DNA of 48,706 nucleotides from Candidatus Staskawiczbacteria bacterium (GTDB lineage: Bacteria > Patescibacteriota > Minisyncoccia > Minisyncoccales > Staskawiczbacteraceae): positions 1-48,706 of the forward strand of contig JAPLYZ010000020.1 of NCBI GenBank assembly GCA_026395295.1, given 5' to 3'. Both the position numbers and the translations under genes were made by a program. The notes beneath the pieces were generated by a model. It did no database searches. It was not told where the DNA came from and saw nothing but the letters and a program-made list of their open reading frames with translations. Numbering within the stretch: position 1 is the stretch's first letter; the number at the start of each line of letters is the position of its first letter. Below are positions 10,313 through 18,494 of this stretch, piece by piece.

Positions 10313-11653
10313 TTAAAATTTATCTGCTAATTTATAAATGTCTCCTGCGCCCATAATAATTAACACATCGTCGGATTTTATATTTTTTTTAACGTAGCTT
10401 TCCGTTGCGCTTAACGAAAAATATAAGATATTTTCTTTGCTAATTTTCTTAACTAATTTTTCAGATGAAACCTCTGAATTAATTTTTTTGGTCTCCCTTC
10501 CTGCCACGTCATAAATATCTATGATAATTATTTTGTCTGTTTGAGCTTTGCGGAAAGTTTTCACAAAATCATTGAATAAATAATAAGTTCTTTGATGCTG
10601 GTGAGGCTGAAAAACACACCAGATGGTTTTATCAGGATACTTCTCTCTTGCAGCTTTCAATGTTGCTGAAATTTCACTGGGATGATGCCCATAATCAGAC
10701 ACAACTGTTATCTTTTTATCTCCGGCCTTGCCTTCTTTTACCTCGAACCTTCTCCAGGTTCCTTCAAATTCCGACAACGCGCTAAAAGAAAGTTCATCGG
10801 GAATTCCCAATATCCTCGCCACTTGCAAAACTGCCAAAGCGTTGGATATATTGTGTTCTCCGGGCACTTTTAAAATTTTTCTTAGTTTTTTTGCTTCACC
10901 GTCATTGCGAGCGAAACGAAGCAATCTTTGATTTTTGTCATTCCCGCGAAAGCGGGAATCCAGATTGCTTCGTCGTCCGAAGCTCCTCGCAATGACACTT
11001 AAATTTTTATCGTCACCGTTAAATACCAAAAATCCATCATCCGACAGTCGCATAATAAAGTCCCTGAACGCTTTTTTGACATTGGAAAAAGTCTTAAAAT
11101 AATCTAAGTGCTCTTTATCAACATTGGTTACCACAATAATTTTTGGCGAGTAGTGCAAAAAAGATGAATCGTATTCGCAAGCTTCAATAACCAAAAATTT
11201 CCCTTTGCCTTCTCTAAAATTACTGTTTCCAAACTCTTTTACTTTTGTTCCAACGATGACTGTGGGGTCGAGCCCGGCTTTTGCCAAAACTAAAGCCAGC
11301 ATTGCGGTTGTTGTGCTTTTCCCATGAGCTCCGGCAATTGCAATTGTGTAATATTCTTTTGTTAAATCTCCTAAAGCCTCGGGGTAAGACAAACATTCAA
11401 CCCCCTTCTCTTTGTAAAATTTTAACTCGGGGTTATCTTTTTTAACAGCAGGACTATAAACCACTAAATCCAGATTTTCTTTTACATTTTCAGCGGAATT
11501 GCCAATAAAAATTTTTACTCCTTTTTCTTTTAAAAAATCTGTGATTTCCGAAGCAACCAAATCAGAGCCACTCACCTCGTGGCCTTTTGACAAATAGTAC
11601 TGAGCCAGTGCCGACACCCCGATTCCGCCTACGCCAATTAAATGTATCTTCAT
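10313..11653 (-). CDS. murC: UDP-N-acetylmuramate--L-alanine ligase, with in-frame repeat insertion
   Basis: GVGGIGVS, GAHGKSTTT, EACE, EHLDY, DYGHHP and FQPH. Start at ATG 11653 (MKIHLIG). Confidence 0.93.
   Translation of the reverse strand: MKIHLIGVGGIGVSALAQYYLSKGHEVSGSDLVASEITDFLKEKGVKIFIGNSAENVKENLDLVVYSPAVKKDNPELKFYKEKGVECLSYPEALGDLTKEYYTIAIAGAHGKSTTTAMLALVLAKAGLDPTVIVGTKVKEFGNSNFREGKGKFLVIEACEYDSSFLHYSPKIIVVTNVDKEHLDYFKTFSNVKKAFRDFIMRLSDDGFLVFNGDDKNLSVIARSFGRRSNLDSRFRGNDKNQRLLRFARNDGEAKKLRKILKVPGEHNISNALAVLQVARILGIPDELSFSALSEFEGTWRRFEVKEGKAGDKKITVVSDYGHHPSEISATLKAAREKYPDKTIWCVFQPHQHQRTYYLFNDFVKTFRKAQTDKIIIIDIYDVAGRETKKINSEVSSEKLVKKISKENILYFSLSATESYVKKNIKSDDVLIIMGAGDIYKLADKF
10900..10997. 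repeat. Cluster of three CGTC/TGTC-type palindromic (REP-like) repeats inside murC
   Basis: CGTCATTGCGAG..GAAGCAATCT (10900-10927), TGTCATTCCCGCGAAAGCGGGAATCC (10936-10961) and an inverted AGATTGCTTCG..CTCGCAATGACA (10962-10997). Confidence 0.85.
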
Positions 11654-11660
11654 ATTATTT

Positions 11661-11831
11661 TTATTTTTTTGGCAAGTGTTTTTGGAGGCACTCATCGCAA
11701 ATGCCATGAGTTATTCCCGACTCGCCCTCAACTTCTTTTTCTCCTATTTCTTTTCTACACCAAGCGCAAACAATTTTCATAATCGCTTTTTTACCTTCTG
11801 GTTGCTCTTTCCTTGTTTCTGAATTTTCCAT
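11661..11831 (-). CDS. Small zinc-finger protein (VCAWC...THGICxxC), missing from the ORF track
   Basis: Manual translation: MENSETRKEQPEGKKAIMKIVCAWCRKEIGEKEVEGESGITHGICDECLQKHLPKK* (56 aa), ending 7 nt before the murC start. Confidence 0.75.
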   Translation of the reverse strand: MENSETRKEQPEGKKAIMKIVCAWCRKEIGEKEVEGESGITHGICDECLQKHLPKK

Positions 11832-11877
11832 ATTTTTGTTATTGAATAATTTAAAACAAACCTACAATTCCATACAT

Positions 11878-11899
11878 CCCTTGTTCGCGCGAATAAGGG
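11878..11899. repeat. Near-perfect palindrome (REP-like)
   Basis: CCCTTGTTCGCGCGAATAAGGG, intergenic. Confidence 0.55.
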
Positions 11900-11912
11900 T
11901 ATTATTTTGTAA

Positions 11913-12482
11913 TTACAATTTTAGATTGTGGGATTCTAAAATTGTGTAAACAGGCCCGCCTCTTTTCATTTCTGATTCCATTACTTCAATGGACTCCACA
12001 TCGAATGGCAAATCAAACATTCCGTTTATTTCCGGTCTTTCTTCTGGTTCAATCTGTTTCCATGCAAAAGAGCTAATACGAGCCAAAGTAATATGCGGAG
12101 CGAATGTCCTATTTTCCGGCACAAATTTAACTTTTTCTGTTAAAGAATTTTCCAGGTCTTCGCGAAGCAAAGACAGTTCTTCTGACTTCTCCCCTTCCGC
12201 CCAAACCATTTTTGGAGGCAACTTTTTCGGAGGACCATACAAAATCTGATTTACATTCAAAGAAAATGAACTGTGCCTTTCTGCAACTTCTTTTGCAACC
12301 AAACAAACTTCGCCGATTTCTTCATCGGTCAAAGTGCCCAAAAACTCCAAGGTAATATGCAAATTATCTTTTGGCGTCCATTTCGCAGGAAGTTCCGCAA
12401 ATTTTTCCGAATACGCAAACAACTCTCTCTTTACTTCCTCCGGCAAATTTATAGCAATAAAAACTCTGTGTCTCTTTTCCAT
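11913..12482 (-). CDS. thpR: RNA 2',3'-cyclic phosphodiesterase (2H family)
   Basis: RVFIAI, two HITL motifs, C-terminal GPVY. Confidence 0.93.
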   Translation of the reverse strand: MEKRHRVFIAINLPEEVKRELFAYSEKFAELPAKWTPKDNLHITLEFLGTLTDEEIGEVCLVAKEVAERHSSFSLNVNQILYGPPKKLPPKMVWAEGEKSEELSLLREDLENSLTEKVKFVPENRTFAPHITLARISSFAWKQIEPEERPEINGMFDLPFDVESIEVMESEMKRGGPVYTILESHNLKL

Positions 12483-12550
12483 ATATGTTTTTCATTCTAT
12501 CAGAATAATCCGTGCTACTCAACCTCAAACAACCGAACTCGAACAACTGG

Positions 12551-12585
12551 GTTCATAATTTACGCGATAGCGTATTTTATGAACT
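12551..12585. repeat. Palindromic element downstream of the PaaX-like gene (copy 1)
   Basis: GTTCATAATTTACGCGATAGCGTATTTTATGAACT; inverted copy at 13215-13250. Confidence 0.8.
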
Positions 12586-12599
12586 ACCTTAAAATTTAA

Positions 12600-13145
12600 T
12601 TATTTTATTTTAAACAATTTTTTAAAATACGCTTCGTTGTCGACATATTCCAATACAGCAAAACGAACAAACTTATCAAGCTCAAAATAATTAACTAAAA
12701 GCTCTATTTCCCTTTTACATTCTACCGGAGTTATAAAAACGCTTTTCTGGAGTTCCCGAAAACCAATGAATTTTAGCTTGCGGCGCAAGGCATCTCTGCC
12801 TCTTTTATATTTTTCTGGGATATCAAAAGACACCATCCTCCATTTCCCGTCCCACTTTTCTTTTTTATTCTTAAGATTGTTTAAACGAAAGCCTAACGAT
12901 TTTAATTTCCCTTTTTTAGTTAAAGTCAATCTGACGAATCCATTTTTAGAAACCTCTTTATCAATAAGATCTAATTTATATAGATACTTAATCCCTTCTG
13001 TTAATTCCTGTTTGCTTATTTTATTCCATTCACGGGAAATAGCCCCTAAAACTCTTCTCTGTTGCCCCGGAGTAATACTATAACCAAAAGCAATGCCGGC
13101 CAACAAAAGCAGTAAAATTTTTTCTTTGGTTACATTCATATACAA
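12600..13145 (-). CDS. PaaX-like wHTH + ferredoxin-fold (Cas2/VapD-like) protein
   Basis: wHTH wing (L...GFVRLTLTKKG) followed by WDGKWRMVSFDIPE...LKFIGFRELQKSVF. Confidence 0.85.
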   Translation of the reverse strand: MYMNVTKEKILLLLLAGIAFGYSITPGQQRRVLGAISREWNKISKQELTEGIKYLYKLDLIDKEVSKNGFVRLTLTKKGKLKSLGFRLNNLKNKKEKWDGKWRMVSFDIPEKYKRGRDALRRKLKFIGFRELQKSVFITPVECKREIELLVNYFELDKFVRFAVLEYVDNEAYFKKLFKIK

Positions 13146-13214
13146 CTATTTAGCTTTTTATATTTTTTCATGACTTTTTTATATCTTAATTAACAGTATC
13201 ACAAAACACCAGCC

Positions 13215-13250
13215 AGTTCAATAATTACGCTATCGCGTGAAATATGAACT
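13215..13250. repeat. Palindromic element upstream of the PaaX-like gene (copy 2, inverted)
   Basis: Reverse complement AGTTCATATTTCACGCGATAGCGTAATTATTGAACT matches copy 1. Confidence 0.8.
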
Positions 13251-13357
13251 GCCTACTTATGGTTAAATACTATCACAATTTTTATCAAAAAAAACAAAAC
13301 CTGTAAAAAAAGAAGCCCGATTCATTCGAGCTTGATAGTTGTCCATGACATATCAGG

Positions 13358-13564
13358 TCATTCACTCAACCAAGGAAGCAAATCAATCACTTCGACATCT
13401 TTGGATTCATGCCACTCGCCGTCGAAGTGCACGCGCTTACCAACTGGTCGGTTGTTTAATCCCTCAGGATCTTGATGGGCGAGACGTATTACTACATCCC
13501 TCGGTTCCCCACCTTTGACTTTGACCCTGAGCCTGCAGGTTTGTCGGCACTGAGTTATGTCCAT
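13358..13564 (-). CDS. Small hypothetical protein
   Basis: 68-aa ORF downstream of a promoter TTGACA-17-TATTAT (13669-13641). The AAGGAGG SD points to an out-of-frame ATG, so the start and frame are uncertain. Confidence 0.4.
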   Translation of the reverse strand: MDITQCRQTCRLRVKVKGGEPRDVVIRLAHQDPEGLNNRPVGKRVHFDGEWHESKDVEVIDLLPWLSE

Positions 13565-13706
13565 AAGCTTTTTGGTATTTTTGTTGAGGGTTCATCAAGG
13601 CCTCCTTTCGAGAGCCAACCCGTTTTGAAGAACTAAGTTTATAATAGCATACAAAAAATACCCTGTCAATGGTGGCACTTGCTTTTCTTTGTGATACAAT
13701 TTATTT

Positions 13707-14411
13707 ATGGCAAACAAGGAAATTGCGAAAATATTCAGAGATATGGCGGAGTTGCTCAATATTCGGGGCGATAGCGCGTTTCATATAAATGCTTACATAA
13801 AAGCCGCTGCGTATTTGGAGGCTTTGCAAACTGATGTTTCGGAGTTGTACGGTAACCCTCCTTCGCCAAAGGCTTCGGAAGGGCAAAAAAACAAATGGAA
13901 AGTTTTTTTGGTTCCAAAAATAATTGGTGATAAAAACGCCAAGAAAATTGAAGAGTATATAAAACACGGAAAAATCAAAGAGTTTGAAGAATTAGAAGAA
14001 GAAACAGCAATTAGGCAAGTCATCACACATTTTTTTATGTCAAAAGGGTTAAGCTTGCAAGAATTGAAAGAAAATGCTAAAAAGAGGAAAATAATATATT
14101 CCAGATTTACCAAACCAGCTAAGCAATTGCTGGAATTGGCTGGCTCAATTGAAAAGGCAAAATCTGCCATTGATACTGTAGCACAATGGGCAAGCACCAG
14201 AAAACTTGATTATGCCATTGAAACCGTTTTCAAAAAATGGCTGGAATTAGACAGATTAAAACCAAAAGAAATAGTTAAAAAACCATTTTACAAAGGCGAC
14301 CCCATGATTTGGTCCGAATCTAAAAAGAAATGGTTTGTAATTTCAAAATACGGCGAGTGGTTAGAATTCGCCGACAAACAATCCACTATTGAGTGGAGAA
14401 CTATAGAATAA
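13707..14411 (+). CDS. PolX-type N-terminal HhH (8-kDa) domain fused to an unknown domain
   Basis: N.EIA.IF..MA.LL...G...F...AY.KAA and IG...AKKI.EYI..G.I..FE.L match the PolX N-terminus; no polymerase or PHP domain follows. Confidence 0.75.
   Translation: MANKEIAKIFRDMAELLNIRGDSAFHINAYIKAAAYLEALQTDVSELYGNPPSPKASEGQKNKWKVFLVPKIIGDKNAKKIEEYIKHGKIKEFEELEEETAIRQVITHFFMSKGLSLQELKENAKKRKIIYSRFTKPAKQLLELAGSIEKAKSAIDTVAQWASTRKLDYAIETVFKKWLELDRLKPKEIVKKPFYKGDPMIWSESKKKWFVISKYGEWLEFADKQSTIEWRTIE
13856..13884. repeat. CCTTCGCC-AAA-GGCTTCGG-type palindromic element, in frame
   Basis: CCCTCCTTCGCCAAAGGCTTCGGAAGGGC, translated as PPSPKASEG within the HhH domain. Confidence 0.7.
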
Positions 14412-14427
14412 AATTAAAAAATATAAC

Positions 14428-14988
14428 ATGCTTACACATACAGATTTGCATCCAGGCATACAATTTATTTATGAAGGCCAGCCATGGGAGGTTTTAGAGG
14501 CCAATATGATGAAAACCGCCCAAAGAAGGCCGGTTATTCAAAGCAAAATAAAAAATTTAATAGATGGCAGAGTCCAAGAGAAAAACTTCCAGCAGGGAGA
14601 TGTTTTTGACGAAGCTGATTTGGAAAAGCGAGAAATAAAATATCTTTACACCACAAAGGGGCAATTTTTTTTCTGTGAACCGAAAGACCCGGCGAAAAGA
14701 TTCTCTTTTACCGAAGCTCAAATTGGGACTCAGGCAAAATTTTTAAGACCAAACGAAATTGTTACCGGAATTGTTTTTGAAGAAAAAATTATCACTTTTA
14801 AACTGCCTATAAAAGTCCAACTGAAAGTTAAAGAAACAGCCCCGGGGCTTAAGGGCGACAGGGCCCAGGCAGGAACTAAAGAAGCCACCTTGGAATCGGG
14901 CGCGGTTATCCAGGTGCCCCTGTTTATTGAGGAAGGAGATGTAATTGAGGTCAACACAGAAGTTGGCCAATACGTAAAACGCGCATAA
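14428..14988 (+). CDS. efp: Elongation factor P
   Basis: KNLIDG, YLY, PGLKGD, KEATLESG and VPLFIEEGD...YVKR motifs. Confidence 0.93.
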   Translation: MLTHTDLHPGIQFIYEGQPWEVLEANMMKTAQRRPVIQSKIKNLIDGRVQEKNFQQGDVFDEADLEKREIKYLYTTKGQFFFCEPKDPAKRFSFTEAQIGTQAKFLRPNEIVTGIVFEEKIITFKLPIKVQLKVKETAPGLKGDRAQAGTKEATLESGAVIQVPLFIEEGDVIEVNTEVGQYVKRA

Positions 14989-14990
14989 AT

Positions 14991-17531
14991 TTAGGCTTTT
15001 GAGGGCTTCCAGTAATGGAAATATACAAGTTTGACTATTTCGCTTGTTATAAAATAGGCGCCATTGAGCAAAAACACAATTAGCAATGGGATAATGGGCG
15101 GAGCCACAAAATGGAACCAGTTTTGCCCAATTTTTAAAAAGGGCAAAGCAACAACAAATATGGCATCTATTGCTGTAAGGAATATCAGCCAAAAACTTGG
15201 CCTTTTTGCTTTGTAAAAAAGCCCTTTTGTTCTAATAATATAAATAAGCAGAATCTCGGTTAAAATGCTTTCTATGTACCACAAGGTTTGGATGACTCCG
15301 GGCGACTGTTTGTAAAAAATTGAAAAAAAAATAAAATCAAATACTGTGCTGACCAGAGCCAAAGAAATAATTAGCGGCAAAACATTGTGAAGTTGATACA
15401 TTTTTGGCTTTCTCAACTCTTCGACATCCACGGAATCTGTGGCAACCGAAATCAACGGAAAATCTGACAAGATGTTTCCCAGCAAAATTTGCACCGGCAA
15501 CATAGGCAAAAAATCTATAAATAAAGAAATAACAGCAATTGAATAAAAATTCCCAAAGTTGCTTGCCAAGGCGCACTTTATGTATTTATTTATGTTGGCG
15601 AAAATCATTCTGCCATCTTTAATTCCATTAACAATCACTCTGAGATCTTTTTGCAAAAGAACAACATCTGAAGCATCTCTGGCAATATCTGATGCCTCAA
15701 CAACGGCAATTCCAACGTCGGCTGTTTTCAACGCCGGAGCATCATTGACTCCCTCGCCCATAAAACCAACCTCGTGTTTCTTTTGCAGAGATTTTATAAT
15801 TTTGTGTTTCATATCAGGAGATACTCTGGCAAAAACAATTTTTTCTTCACATGCGTCGTCAAACTCTTCTTGTGACAGCTCCTCTAATTCCTGCCCGGAA
15901 ATTAATTCTTCGGGCAATTCTGTCAGCCCGGTCCGCTTAGCCACATATCCTGCAACCTCTTTTGAATCTCCGGTAATAATTTTTATTCTGACTCCCAATT
16001 TCTTAGACAAATTCATTGCTTCCTTGGCAGTGGTTTTTATTGGATCTTCAAAAACAAAATACCCTAAAAATGTCAGCCCTTTTTCGTCTTCAGCTTTGAT
16101 GTCAATGGTTTTTGAACCAATTTTCTTAAAAGCCAAAGCTAAAACTCTCTTGCCTTCCCTGCCCTCTTTTTCTATATCTTCCTTTGTTTCTTTCCTGTCA
16201 AAATTACCGCTCATTCTGGAACAATTATTCAAAATAGACTCCGGAGCTCCCTTAACAATCAGAAATTTCTCACCACGCAAGGATTGGATCAAAAATGCAG
16301 ACCTCATTCTGTAAGAATCAAACGGCAGTTCTGAAATTATTTTAAATTTTTTCGACTCTCTTAAAATGTCTTCCGGAGCTCTCTGTAATAAAGCAGAATC
16401 AAACGGGTTTAAAAAATGTTTATATTCCGCCACGCTTAGCGTGGCAATTGGGACGCTTAGCGTCCCGTACAAAAAACATTTTTTCTTATCGGAAGAAACC
16501 GTTTTTTCCAAAGATAATTTGTTCTGCGTTAATGTTCCTGTTTTGTCAGCGCACAAAACTTCTATATTCCCTAAGTCTTCAATGGCAGACAGGCGTTTCA
16601 CAACCACGTTTTGCTTTGCCATTTTTAAGCTTCCCTCAGACAAAGCAAATGTTACCACAACCGGCAAAGCTTCGGGCAAAATGCTGACTATTAAAGCAAC
16701 AGAAAATAAAAGTATTTCCAATCCCACATTCAGACCTTTAATCAAGAGATTGGCGATCAAAATTAAAGTTATTGTTACGACAACAATTCTTAGAATTAAT
16801 TTACAGAAATATAAAATGCTTTTTTCGTAAGCGCTCTCTTTTTTTATCTCGGAAACCGTTTTTATAATAGTGCCGAAAACCGTGTCTTTTCCCGTGGAGA
16901 CAGCAATCCCCGTTGCTTTGCCCGATATTACAGAAGAGCCTGAAAAAATAATATTTTTTGCCTTAAAAATTTCTTTTTCTTCTCGGGCTAACGGATCTAT
17001 AACCTTAGAAACGGGGTTAGACTCTCCGGTGAGAACTGACTCATCTGCTAAAAAGTTTTGGACGCTTGTTACCCTCAAATCGGCGCAAACCTTATCGCCC
17101 GCCTCCAGCATAACAATATCCCCCGGAACTAAAAACTTTTCGTCAATAATTTCCTGCCTTGAATCTCTTAATACTTTAACCTTTTGCGGAATAAATTCCC
17201 TTAGAAGCGCTACCGCCTTTTCAGCTCGATATTCTTGAAAAAATCCGACAACAACGTTGATAATAATGAAAGCCAAAACCGCCAGACTGTCAACCAATTG
17301 GCCGATAAAAAAAGATATTACAGCTGCGGCTAAAAGCAAATAACAAAACGGAGATTTAAACTGCCTTATAAAAATGCTTAACGCGTTTGTATTTTTGACC
17401 TTCACCTCGTTCGGGCCGAATTTGGTCAAAGCAAAATTCGCCTGCTTTTTTGTGAGCCCGCTTTCGGAAGTTTTTAACAATTCCAAAACTTCTTTGACGC
17501 TTATGCTTGTATATTGTGAAAAGCTATTCAT
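14991..17531 (-). CDS. P-type cation-transporting ATPase (MgtA-like)
   Basis: LTGES, PEALP, DKTGTLT, KGAPE, TGD, GEGVND and LPMLPVQIL motifs. Confidence 0.9.
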   Translation of the reverse strand: MNSFSQYTSISVKEVLELLKTSESGLTKKQANFALTKFGPNEVKVKNTNALSIFIRQFKSPFCYLLLAAAVISFFIGQLVDSLAVLAFIIINVVVGFFQEYRAEKAVALLREFIPQKVKVLRDSRQEIIDEKFLVPGDIVMLEAGDKVCADLRVTSVQNFLADESVLTGESNPVSKVIDPLAREEKEIFKAKNIIFSGSSVISGKATGIAVSTGKDTVFGTIIKTVSEIKKESAYEKSILYFCKLILRIVVVTITLILIANLLIKGLNVGLEILLFSVALIVSILPEALPVVVTFALSEGSLKMAKQNVVVKRLSAIEDLGNIEVLCADKTGTLTQNKLSLEKTVSSDKKKCFLYGTLSVPIATLSVAEYKHFLNPFDSALLQRAPEDILRESKKFKIISELPFDSYRMRSAFLIQSLRGEKFLIVKGAPESILNNCSRMSGNFDRKETKEDIEKEGREGKRVLALAFKKIGSKTIDIKAEDEKGLTFLGYFVFEDPIKTTAKEAMNLSKKLGVRIKIITGDSKEVAGYVAKRTGLTELPEELISGQELEELSQEEFDDACEEKIVFARVSPDMKHKIIKSLQKKHEVGFMGEGVNDAPALKTADVGIAVVEASDIARDASDVVLLQKDLRVIVNGIKDGRMIFANINKYIKCALASNFGNFYSIAVISLFIDFLPMLPVQILLGNILSDFPLISVATDSVDVEELRKPKMYQLHNVLPLIISLALVSTVFDFIFFSIFYKQSPGVIQTLWYIESILTEILLIYIIRTKGLFYKAKRPSFWLIFLTAIDAIFVVALPFLKIGQNWFHFVAPPIIPLLIVFLLNGAYFITSEIVKLVYFHYWKPSKA
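16429..16466. repeat. Twin hairpin inserted in frame in the ATPase
   Basis: GCCACGC-TTA-GCGTGGC (16429-16445) and GGGACGC-TTA-GCGTCCC (16450-16466), translated as GTLSVP-I-ATLSVA. Confidence 0.75.
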
Positions 17532-18490
17532 CTAAATGGATAAAATATTTCTACCAAAAGAAACAAGATATAAATTGAAAGAAAAATTAACCCTTCCATC
17601 TTGGTAATTTTTCTGCCGGTTCTGATGAAAATAAGGAAAATTAAAGAAGCCACTACGGTAAATATTCTGGTTGTTAAAAATGGAGACATATCTTTAATTT
17701 CAAACGGAGAAATTAAAGCGACTATTCCCAAAACCAATGTGGCGCAAACTATGACTGAACCCATTAGATCTCCTAAAATCATCCAATTCTCTCCGCGTCG
17801 TGCGGAAATGATGGAAAAATAGGTTTCCGGAAAACAATTTCCCAAACCAACGATTAAAATGCCCACCAGCGAAAGCGAAATTCCAAGCTTGATGGAAAAA
17901 AATTGGGCCGAGCTTATAACAAAATAAGAAGCCAAAAGCAACAGCGCCAACAAAGCGATAATTTTGAAAATGTTAACAACGAAACTTTTAAATCCTTTAA
18001 CCGGATTTTTTGGCCGGCCGGCATAAACTTTTTTGAATCTTTCCTCTTTGGAAAAAAGCCACCAAGTATATAAAACAAACGCTCCTAAAAGTATAAGCCC
18101 GTCTCCCCTGTCCAGTTTGCCGTCCCAAACCAAAATTATTGGCAAGATGGCAATTGCCGATGTAAAAATTGCCGACTTTTGCACCATTTCGTTTTCAGCC
18201 GGCAAAAATTTTGAGCCAAAAAGCACTGCTATTGCCATAACCAGAGTCAGGTCAACCAAATTGCCTCCAACAATGTCGCCAAAAGATATTTGGGGCATAT
18301 GGCGCAGGGCGGCGCTGACGTCAACAAATAGGTTTGGCAGAGAAGCGGCGAATGCCATTACAAAAAAAGCAGTAACAAACTCTCTCCAACGCAAATATTT
18401 GGCAATATCAACCAGTGTTGCCACCAGTTTTGAGCTTAGCCATGAAAGAATGAATATTGATGCGATGAAAATTGCGATTTCAGTTGCCAT
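17528..18490 (-). CDS. Sodium/calcium exchanger (CaCA) family protein
   Basis: Two alpha repeats: AASLPNL..GDIVGGN and GNCFPET..GDLMGS. Confidence 0.88.
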   Translation of the reverse strand: MATEIAIFIASIFILSWLSSKLVATLVDIAKYLRWREFVTAFFVMAFAASLPNLFVDVSAALRHMPQISFGDIVGGNLVDLTLVMAIAVLFGSKFLPAENEMVQKSAIFTSAIAILPIILVWDGKLDRGDGLILLGAFVLYTWWLFSKEERFKKVYAGRPKNPVKGFKSFVVNIFKIIALLALLLLASYFVISSAQFFSIKLGISLSLVGILIVGLGNCFPETYFSIISARRGENWMILGDLMGSVIVCATLVLGIVALISPFEIKDMSPFLTTRIFTVVASLIFLIFIRTGRKITKMEGLIFLSIYILFLLVEIFYPFR

Positions 18491-18494
18491 AAAA

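Noticed and set aside
11654-11707. N-terminal extension of murC given by the ORF track (similarly ftsQ 2919, tyrS 9368, YkgJ 29433)
   Set aside because: The extensions overlap upstream genes or intergenic signals; downstream ATGs fit the family N-termini and coupling better.
12600-13145. Cas2 / CRISPR-Cas locus
   Set aside because: No repeat-spacer array or cas1 in the window; the protein has a wHTH N-terminus of the PaaX type.
13707-14411. Full DNA polymerase X
   Set aside because: No nucleotidyltransferase or PHP domain; only the N-terminal HhH part matches.
15559-17238. Long + strand ORFs opposite the ATPase (and similar antisense ORFs throughout)
   Set aside because: Shadow frames of well-supported minus-strand genes, with no motifs.
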